Position numbers and translations under genes: made by a program. A stretch of 59,814 bases of DNA, filler included. It is 3 parts of 3 records of this genome, joined end to end, with 100 filler letters (N's around TTAATTAATTAA, not from the genome) between each part and the next. Parts side by side here need not be neighbours in the genome. Positions count along the whole stretch, not along the records: positions 1 to 29,207 come from SRR22947725_2138; 2 more parts are not named here. The stretch is one strand, 5' to 3'. The notes under the pieces are model-generated. The model was given only the letters and a program-made list of their open reading frames with translations, was not told the DNA's origin and did no database searches. Positions 19,031 through 25,928 of the stretch are shown one piece after another (within the stretch, counting starts at the first letter, position 1; each line of letters begins with the position of its first letter).

Positions 19031-20739
19031 TAAGAGAACACCACCACTTCTTTGTAGCGGGCTAGTATTTCTGCGGCTTCTTTACGGAACAACTGAATCT
19101 TAGAACCTAAGTCGACATTCTGAGAGCCCTCTGGTATCAAAACGCTACGGTCATCCGACATCAATAAATCAGCCGCTACCATCTTAGTAGCAGCCTCTTG
19201 TATCGCTTTCTCTACATATCTTTCTCCGTAGATGTAGGATACCTTGACAGAGTTATGTTCAAAGAAAGGATAAGAGTTATTGAAGTAAATTATACCCATT
19301 TCAGAATCAATCCACCAATCACGGAGTCTCCCTTGGTCGCCACTGCTACTTCTGTCTACTGTCGTTTCACCGGTAACTGCATCAACTATAGAACTATTAG
19401 AACCAGCCTGTAAGTCAAGTTCAAACTTATGCTGAGTTACAGTATAATTTACATTGTCAGTTATCGCATCTCCAGCGAGTTTGACAACGCCCGTCAGCCC
19501 AGTTACATCTGGGCCTATTGAGCCGTATGTTTTACCTGTGTAACCAATTACACTCACATCTGTTGAGCCAGCCTTTCTTGCTATGGCTACACCATAATCA
19601 GCAAACGCAATGTCGCCAGAGGCTGAAAATGTACTACCGGTGTGTTGCATAATATTACTGACGACGCTTGTCTTAGAAACTGTCATAGCCTTGTCTTCTT
19701 TATCACTGTCGTAAACAACTATAGTAGCCTGCTCTCCGCCCTTTGCAGGCTGCATACTGGTAATTTTTATTTGACCATTACCGTAATCTGCATTAGCAGA
19801 AGCGAAGAATTCATTGTGAAGATGAATAGAAGAATCCCCAGTCGCAGAAGAGCCATCTGGTTGGGTGTAAGTAGTCCCGACTGGACTGTCAGTATTAGTA
19901 GTGAATGTTACATTAGAACGGTTTACCCTGTCTTCTTTGTTAATTAAATCAGCAATGTTTTGAGAAGTTGTTACCTTGTTAAAAGCCGCAGCCCATTGGT
20001 TTGTCCCAGAGCCCGGTGCTAATTTAGCAAAGCCTCCGCCACCCGGTGACAGAAATAAAGTAAAACTGGATGCTTCATTATGGTCAAGAAGTGTTAAACG
20101 AGCCTCAGCACCGCATATCTCTCGATAACTGTCGCCTTGCCATAGTTCGATTCTTAACATCTGCTGGACATTTCTAAACAACAAAGGAACTGTCCCTACA
20201 TAATCTGTGAAGTATCTACGCCTGTATGGTTTGTATGTATCGAAGTTCAGATACTCAGCCGCCACCAAATATGGCCTCCAAGCGTTGTGGGTAATGTTGT
20301 CAATGCGGTCTTGTATTTCTTTGATTCTAGTTTCAACAATTGACTTCTTCATACCACGAGTCTTACCGTTAGTAAATGCTGCTTGGTTTTCCACATAAGT
20401 GTTAGCAGCGGTAGTAAAGTTGCCATGGGTAAAAGATGTGTCAGTGACTAACTTTACCCCACTAGCGCCACCATTCGCAGTGGTTGTGATATTTAGTTCT
20501 GTACCTAGTGGGTCTAAGTCACTGTAAACAAGTACAGTGTCTCCGGCACTAAAGCCTACATTTCTGAAATCTCCACCAGTAACAAATACACCGTCTGACA
20601 CTGCGTTAGCGCTAGACAAAACGGCTTCACTAGGTCCAATACCTAGTAAGTCTGCTACCTTCTGAGCAGTAGTGTATACTATCGCATCAGGGTCAAGAGG
20701 GCGTGTTTCTGGCTCTCCGGGTGAAAATACTGCTGGCAT
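19030..20739 (-). CDS. Head-tail adaptor (gp6/gp15-like) with large insertions
   Basis: 569 aa; YTTAQKVADLL, RIKEIQDRIDNITHNAW, WWIDSEMGIIYF, VKVSYIYG..AIQEAATKMVAADLL. Confidence 0.65.
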   Translation of the reverse strand: MPAVFSPGEPETRPLDPDAIVYTTAQKVADLLGIGPSEAVLSSANAVSDGVFVTGGDFRNVGFSAGDTVLVYSDLDPLGTELNITTTANGGASGVKLVTDTSFTHGNFTTAANTYVENQAAFTNGKTRGMKKSIVETRIKEIQDRIDNITHNAWRPYLVAAEYLNFDTYKPYRRRYFTDYVGTVPLLFRNVQQMLRIELWQGDSYREICGAEARLTLLDHNEASSFTLFLSPGGGGFAKLAPGSGTNQWAAAFNKVTTSQNIADLINKEDRVNRSNVTFTTNTDSPVGTTYTQPDGSSATGDSSIHLHNEFFASANADYGNGQIKITSMQPAKGGEQATIVVYDSDKEDKAMTVSKTSVVSNIMQHTGSTFSASGDIAFADYGVAIARKAGSTDVSVIGYTGKTYGSIGPDVTGLTGVVKLAGDAITDNVNYTVTQHKFELDLQAGSNSSIVDAVTGETTVDRSSSGDQGRLRDWWIDSEMGIIYFNNSYPFFEHNSVKVSYIYGERYVEKAIQEAATKMVAADLLMSDDRSVLIPEGSQNVDLGSKIQLFRKEAAEILARYKEVVVFS

Positions 20740-21257
20740 TACTGTCCCTCATTTGGTGGAATGAAAGCAGATGGGTTTGGCTCAATGAATTGCATTGAGT
20801 TACCTGTTGGATATTGTGCATAATGTTCTCGCATGGTGTAATCATTTTGAGGGTCTATTGCGTTGTAATAATTAGCCTGTGCTATTTGTTCCTGCAATGT
20901 CGGAGGAGGTAAACCTCGCTGTTCACGAGTTCTATAATTACCTCTACCTTGAGGGTCTCTTTGAAGAGGGGAATAGAAATGATTAGTCGGGCTTGCATTA
21001 GCAAAACCTTCTGTTGCTAAAGGTATTCCCATTTCATCTACTATGTCGCCTATAGCATTGCGTTCAGCCATTGCAGAAAGAGCATCCCCTGCGCTCAGGG
21101 CTCTATCATAGCCTGTTTGCCTCGTCGGAAATGATTGGGCCCCGTATCTTTTATACGGGAAAGTCCGTTTAGCATTTCTAACAAATTGTTCGGGCGCACG
21201 ACTCTGGAAACCTTGTATTGATTTCAACAAATCCCACGCTGCATCAAAAGCCTTCAT
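20739..21257 (-). CDS. Hypothetical protein with N-terminal AFDAAWDLLKS motif; possible internal head protein
   Basis: 172 aa; GGGGAG RBS; low-complexity Q/P-rich body. Confidence 0.7.
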   Translation of the reverse strand: MKAFDAAWDLLKSIQGFQSRAPEQFVRNAKRTFPYKRYGAQSFPTRQTGYDRALSAGDALSAMAERNAIGDIVDEMGIPLATEGFANASPTNHFYSPLQRDPQGRGNYRTREQRGLPPPTLQEQIAQANYYNAIDPQNDYTMREHYAQYPTGNSMQFIEPNPSAFIPPNEGQ

Positions 21258-21301
21258 CTACTCTCCCCCTAACTAAGCCATGACACGATACATCATTAAA
21301 T

Positions 21302-21586
21302 CTACTGTTCTTTTACTCCTAAATTGAAGTCCATTTGTTTGCCACAAGTTCTGCACTTATCGACCCAGCAGAAGTAAAGCATTCCACAACCTTTGCATCG
21401 TGTACCGCTACCGATGTTCAGTACATCGCCAGCGTTCTTGTTACGATTGCGCTGTTTAATTGTCACGCCTTCTAAGGGCTTTTCGTCGTTGGTCTTTACA
21501 GAGCCGCCGTAAGATTCATTGAGTCGAATACCACGCTTTTGTAAACGCTTAATGTCATCGAGTCCTAGACTGCCGAATGCATCCAT
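21302..21586 (-). CDS. Small zinc-ribbon protein
   Basis: 94 aa; CKGC-x9-CRTC near the C-terminus. Confidence 0.75.
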   Translation of the reverse strand: MDAFGSLGLDDIKRLQKRGIRLNESYGGSVKTNDEKPLEGVTIKQRNRNKNAGDVLNIGSGTRCKGCGMLYFCWVDKCRTCGKQMDFNLGVKEQ

Positions 21587-21596
21587 CTAATCAGCC

Positions 21597-21788
21597 TCAC
21601 AAGAAGGTGATTAATATGTAATAATTACCCAAGACTAACATTGGGTCAGAAGCCACCAAACTAGATGTTGTTAACCCAGTAAGTGTACCTACATCGCTTT
21701 CTATCTTAGCAAGTAATGTAGCAGAGTCTGTGAATTCTTGAGGAGCATAAGGTCCTACCAACTTAAACTTAGGTTCTAGTGTTGCCAT
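21597..21788 (-). CDS. Small hypothetical virion protein
   Basis: 63 aa, in operon orientation with short spacers. Confidence 0.7.
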   Translation of the reverse strand: MATLEPKFKLVGPYAPQEFTDSATLLAKIESDVGTLTGLTTSSLVASDPMLVLGNYYILITFL

Positions 21789-21796
21789 ATCAATAC

Positions 21797-21847
21797 CTAC
21801 TTAGAACCTATTATTAGAAACTTCGCTATTTCGTAAAAGCCAGTCAA
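21797..21847 (-). CDS. 16-aa mini-ORF (MTGFYEIAKFLIIGSK) or gene remnant
   Basis: TTG start 5 nt after GGCGGTGA RBS; fills the 75-nt intergenic gap; TAG stop at 21797-21799. Confidence 0.45.
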   Translation of the reverse strand: MTGFYEIAKFLIIGSK

Positions 21848-21863
21848 TTAAGTCACCGCCTAA

Positions 21864-22400
21864 TCAGCGTTGACCTAGAATCCACCAGCGGCCTGCTTGG
21901 CCGGTACTGACACTGGTTGCACCAAGATTACCATTACCAAATATTACTCTACTATTAGTTTCGTCAATACTTACTGAAAGATTTCCATCAGTCAAAGTTA
22001 CTGCACCAGTGTTTGGTCCGTGTTTAAACAAACTTTTGTTATTGGGGTTTGCTACTAACGAACCTGCTTCTAGTGTAATTTGAGTAGCACTATCTACCGA
22101 AAGAATTCTTCCCATCCTTTCTCTAACAGCATTGTAAAGGTCTTCACCTCTATTAAAATGAATTCTTGCGTCTACAGTATCTACAGTTATTACTGTATCT
22201 CCAATTTCAACACCGTCTGGTGTATCATCAATTTTAATGCCGGTATCATATGCAGATGTTACATGCCCACCTGCTGCAAGAACAGTTGATAATACTCCAT
22301 CAAATGATACAGAAGTACCACCGTCAGTAAAAGTTCCTGTAAGCATGAGCATATCGCCCATTACATGTGTTCTTGTGTCTGCTGTGTGTGATGCTACCAT
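21864..22400 (-). CDS. Hypothetical structural protein with inserted beta-barrel module
   Basis: 178 aa, G/T/S-rich beta composition; FNRGEDLYN...GRILSVDSATQITL module. Confidence 0.7.
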   Translation of the reverse strand: MVASHTADTRTHVMGDMLMLTGTFTDGGTSVSFDGVLSTVLAAGGHVTSAYDTGIKIDDTPDGVEIGDTVITVDTVDARIHFNRGEDLYNAVRERMGRILSVDSATQITLEAGSLVANPNNKSLFKHGPNTGAVTLTDGNLSVSIDETNSRVIFGNGNLGATSVSTGQAGRWWILGQR

Positions 22401-22849
22401 TATTCTTCAACTCCGCTTGTCTCTACGAGTGAGTCCTCGGTTATAGTATCTTCTACTACTTCTTCTGCTACAGGCTCAGGAGCGACCTCCTCAACCACTG
22501 GCTCTGGTGCCGGTGGATTGAGTGTGGTCTTTACCTTATCCAAGAGTTTTGCTTTAGTAGCATACCCTGTGATAGATACTCCTTTGTCTTTTAACCAACC
22601 TGTGATATCTTTCTTAGTCCAACCTGAGTCGGGTAATCCATCACCATCAGCGTCTTCTGTAAAGCCTATTCCTGCTGTAGTCTTGGCATCGCCTTTGACT
22701 ACAAACGCTTCTGGGTTAGTACAGATAGCAGTACGGTTAGCATCTAGCCATTCTTGAGAGACTTCTTGAGGTACTCTCTTAGGCCAGATACTCTTTGTAC
22801 CCGGTACTTTTCTATAGGCGTAGTTACCTATGTATGTAACTGTAGGCAA
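22400..22849 (-). CDS. Hypothetical protein with HeH/Rho-N-like helical motif and acidic tail
   Basis: 149 aa; WTKKDITGWLKDKGV...ATKAKLLDKV; GGTGA RBS before TTG. Confidence 0.65.
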   Translation of the reverse strand: MPTVTYIGNYAYRKVPGTKSIWPKRVPQEVSQEWLDANRTAICTNPEAFVVKGDAKTTAGIGFTEDADGDGLPDSGWTKKDITGWLKDKGVSITGYATKAKLLDKVKTTLNPPAPEPVVEEVAPEPVAEEVVEDTITEDSLVETSGVEE

Positions 22850-22860
22850 GATTACTCACC

Positions 22861-23298
22861 TCAAGCGAGTAATAGCCAAAGTTCAGTCGCTGATACATCT
22901 GCTGCACTGTCATCGTGTTGCTTCAAATCAAAAGTCAATACTAAATCGCTTGTTTTAGTAATACCCATGATTGCAGTTGCGTCTACATGTGAACCTATAA
23001 CTGATACGATTTTGCTAACTTCTCCTGAAAGAGTAAGTGTGTTACCATCTGCCAATGATGAATTTAACGAAAGACAAACTAATCTTGGGTTTCTCTTACC
23101 TATGTTAGTTGTATCGTCATTGGTTGCTTGGAAGCCAGTAAGTGCTCCGGGGTATGTACCCGCTGCTGCACCTGCACCGCTTAACCAACCAGTTTCATCT
23201 TGGTCTACTCCACCTTGAAGTCCCAAATCTGAGTTTACAGTTGTTATGTAAGTCCCAGTTCCTGTATATGTTATTCCTCTATGTGTTGTTGCTGCCAT
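22861..23298 (-). CDS. Putative capsid decoration/minor head protein
   Basis: 145 aa directly after the MCP; strong AAGGAG RBS; T/G/A-rich. Confidence 0.55.
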   Translation of the reverse strand: MAATTHRGITYTGTGTYITTVNSDLGLQGGVDQDETGWLSGAGAAAGTYPGALTGFQATNDDTTNIGKRNPRLVCLSLNSSLADGNTLTLSGEVSKIVSVIGSHVDATAIMGITKTSDLVLTFDLKQHDDSAADVSATELWLLLA

Positions 23299-23337
23299 AT
23301 TTAATCATCTCCTTAATATTTTATTCTCCATTAATCC

Positions 23338-24471
23338 TCACTTCAAGTCACGGATAGAACCTTGACCTCCAAAGAAAGTTGTCCATACTTCACCCATTGT
23401 GCGGTAAAGTCCCTCTTGACCGAGGCGGTTAATGGCGAATGGGTCTCCAGTTTCAATTCCAGACTCAAAGTATTGAGTTGGTTTTGCAGTACTAAAGTAT
23501 AGGTAGTCAGTGTCCAGCATGTAAATTCTGCTGATAGCGTCACTAGCCATCTCTTTAGTTGGAATGATTGGTACACCGTTGTAAGTTGCTACGATGAAAC
23601 CTGCTTCCATACCCGGAACACCTTTTACACCGTTAAATGTTGGTACTACTCTCTTCTCTTCCATGAACCTTTGTTGGCTTTGTAGAAGTTGTTGAATTCT
23701 CATCAATGTATCATATCCAGTTAGCATAACCTTTGGATTTCCACCACGAGTCCAAACAAGTCTGAAAATTTCATCCAAGTGGTCAAGTGATAGAGTTCTG
23801 TTAGTAGAACCGCTGTCAGCAGAATCCTCAGCATATGACCAAGAGTTGGCTGCTACATTTCTGTCGATTGAGTAAATGTCTTCGTCGCCAGTATCGTAGT
23901 GAGTACCGGAAGTCATTGAGTTAACACCAGTGGTGATTCTGTCAAGTGATTCAAAGTCATTTCCTGCTACAGTTGTTACATCCTCAGTTAGCATATCGTT
24001 GATGTGCTCTGCGTGATGCTTACCCATTTCTTCTTTCAAGACTGAACGAATGTCACCTAGACCGTCGTCTTTGTCGTTTAGGAAGATTGCTGTCTCAGAC
24101 ATGTCGAATGAGTGAGCAATAGTTTTAGGCTTTGCTGCAACATTTTGGAAGGTAGGTTTGGTTGTGTCTGGTAGTGTACCGTTCTCTGCAATTCCGCCAC
24201 CAACAGTCTTGGAAGGCTTAGCAGTAACTACTCTCCATCCACTTCTGTCCCATGGTTTCTTTGGTAGAATTGAAAATGCGTTGAATTCTTGGTTTAGTTG
24301 TGACCAAACTTTTCTACCGTAGATTGCTTGGTATGTTCCTGCTGTTGTGCTTAACAATGGTGCATCAGCCTTCAATAGTTCTGAACCAGAGTATGAATAT
24401 CCCATACTTTGACCAGTACCGTAGTAGTAGCGCTCCATGTCGTTGATTGTTCTCATGTAATTTCTTGCCAT
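23338..24471 (-). CDS. Major capsid protein (HK97 fold)
   Basis: 377 aa after protease/scaffold; YGRKVWSQLN, LPKKPWDRSGWRV, FESLDRI, ATYNGVPIIP, GLYRTMGE; AAGGAG RBS. Confidence 0.9.
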   Translation of the reverse strand: MARNYMRTINDMERYYYGTGQSMGYSYSGSELLKADAPLLSTTAGTYQAIYGRKVWSQLNQEFNAFSILPKKPWDRSGWRVVTAKPSKTVGGGIAENGTLPDTTKPTFQNVAAKPKTIAHSFDMSETAIFLNDKDDGLGDIRSVLKEEMGKHHAEHINDMLTEDVTTVAGNDFESLDRITTGVNSMTSGTHYDTGDEDIYSIDRNVAANSWSYAEDSADSGSTNRTLSLDHLDEIFRLVWTRGGNPKVMLTGYDTLMRIQQLLQSQQRFMEEKRVVPTFNGVKGVPGMEAGFIVATYNGVPIIPTKEMASDAISRIYMLDTDYLYFSTAKPTQYFESGIETGDPFAINRLGQEGLYRTMGEVWTTFFGGQGSIRDLK

Positions 24472-24505
24472 ATATATCTCTCCTTAATTTTGTTTATCCT
24501 CTATT

Positions 24506-25360
24506 TCAGTTGTTGAAAACACTCCCAGCGAGGTTGTGTACCTCTGACCAGTCCATGCTTGCCATGTCCATTGTCGAAGGGACTTCGATAGTGGAAAGTT
24601 GTTTTCTGATTGTTGCTGCTTCTGCTGAGTTAGATGAACTGCTAATGTTATCAATTCTACCGCTCAAGTCAGATAGAGCCTTTTCGATGTTAGCAAGTGG
24701 TGTTCTTGCATCAAAGGAAGCGGCTTCTCTTGCTTGCGCTTCTGAAGTAAGTTCTTTGCTTAGTCTGTCAGAAAATACAATTCCTAAATTGGATTTGAAT
24801 TGTTCTTCAAGAGATGCTGCTTTGTAAACTTCATATGCTGCTTCAAGGTCAGTTGCGGAAACTCCACTTGGGTGTAAGTATCCTTTTGCTACTGCGCCGC
24901 TTCCGCCGCTGTTGACTTTACCGATAGCGTTAGTAGATGGTGAACCACCTTCTTGTGCTCTTCCTTTAACTTGTCCAGCGAAGTAATCTGCACCGTCGCC
25001 AATTGATTCTGGTGTACTACCTAGATTCTGCTTTGCTATACTATCAAAGTGACCTCTTGCGCCCATTATATCAACGCCTGCTGATTTAAGGGTGTTTTCC
25101 ATCCAGTTCAGATAGTCAGTAGTAATGACATCGGAATATCCTTTTGCCATATCTGCATCTTCTTTGTGCTCAGCACCGTACATTTTCTTATCTTCGTCTT
25201 CGGTCATTTCTTCAGCCTCGTCTTTTTTGGGTTTCTTCTCTTGAGATTCTTCAAGAGCCCTCTTTGCTGCGTCTGGCATTTCGCCTTTTTCCATAGCATC
25301 GAGTCTTCCGTTCAGTCTATCTAGTGTGCTTGACAATTCGCCTAATACATTATCGTTCAT
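24506..25360 (-). CDS. Putative nested in-frame scaffold protein (internal start Met180)
   Basis: AAGGAGG 8 nt upstream of an in-frame ATG at 25360, exactly at the protease/scaffold boundary. Confidence 0.6.
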   Translation of the reverse strand: MNDNVLGELSSTLDRLNGRLDAMEKGEMPDAAKRALEESQEKKPKKDEAEEMTEDEDKKMYGAEHKEDADMAKGYSDVITTDYLNWMENTLKSAGVDIMGARGHFDSIAKQNLGSTPESIGDGADYFAGQVKGRAQEGGSPSTNAIGKVNSGGSGAVAKGYLHPSGVSATDLEAAYEVYKAASLEEQFKSNLGIVFSDRLSKELTSEAQAREAASFDARTPLANIEKALSDLSGRIDNISSSSNSAEAATIRKQLSTIEVPSTMDMASMDWSEVHNLAGSVFNN

Positions 25361-25897
25361 ATTTGTGTCCTCCTTCAATATACGGAATGTCGCCTCCGGG
25401 TTAATACCTTTTTCGCAAATAGTAACCTCATGAAGTTCTAGTTTGGAGATTTCTGTATAGTCACCGTGTTTTTGGTCACTCTTTCGCATTCTCTTGAATG
25501 CTTGTCCTCCAATACTGAAACCTCTAAGGGCACCTTTGCGAATTTCTTTGGCAACTTCTCTTGCCTTTTCTATGTCGTCTCGTAGTTTAATGACTACGAA
25601 CATACCAGCATCATCAACGCCGGATTTCCAAACTCTACCGTTAGAGTCAGTGTAAGATGGTATTACGCTTCCTACTTGTATGTTAGAGTGAGCGAGTTGT
25701 ACATTTCGGAAACCGTCTGCTTTCATAAAGTCGTCAAACGCATTACCTAAAGCGCCTCTAGTAATCAAGTCACCTTGCTTGTCTACCATCTCTACAGATG
25801 CGTATCCAGCAATCACTAGGTCGCTGTCAGCCTTCAAAATACTAATACTTCCGCCGTGGTTAACGGGGGAAGTTCTCAGTGATGCAGATGCTGCCAT
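24506..25897 (-). CDS. HK97-family prohead protease fused to a scaffold domain
   Basis: IAGYASVEMVDKQGD, LAHSNIQVG (His), GFSIGG (Ser), LHEVTICEKGINPEATF; charged helical C-terminal half. Confidence 0.9.
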   Translation of the reverse strand: MAASASLRTSPVNHGGSISILKADSDLVIAGYASVEMVDKQGDLITRGALGNAFDDFMKADGFRNVQLAHSNIQVGSVIPSYTDSNGRVWKSGVDDAGMFVVIKLRDDIEKAREVAKEIRKGALRGFSIGGQAFKRMRKSDQKHGDYTEISKLELHEVTICEKGINPEATFRILKEDTNMNDNVLGELSSTLDRLNGRLDAMEKGEMPDAAKRALEESQEKKPKKDEAEEMTEDEDKKMYGAEHKEDADMAKGYSDVITTDYLNWMENTLKSAGVDIMGARGHFDSIAKQNLGSTPESIGDGADYFAGQVKGRAQEGGSPSTNAIGKVNSGGSGAVAKGYLHPSGVSATDLEAAYEVYKAASLEEQFKSNLGIVFSDRLSKELTSEAQAREAASFDARTPLANIEKALSDLSGRIDNISSSSNSAEAATIRKQLSTIEVPSTMDMASMDWSEVHNLAGSVFNN

Positions 25898-25920
25898 TGC
25901 TTCTATAGACTATGCTCATA

Positions 25921-25928
25921 CTATTTAA
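25921..25928 (-). promoter_or_regulatory. Archaeal TATA-box-like element (TTAAATAG) for the head operon, probably leaderless mRNA
   Basis: About 24-31 nt upstream of the protease ATG, which has no Shine-Dalgarno sequence. Confidence 0.5.
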
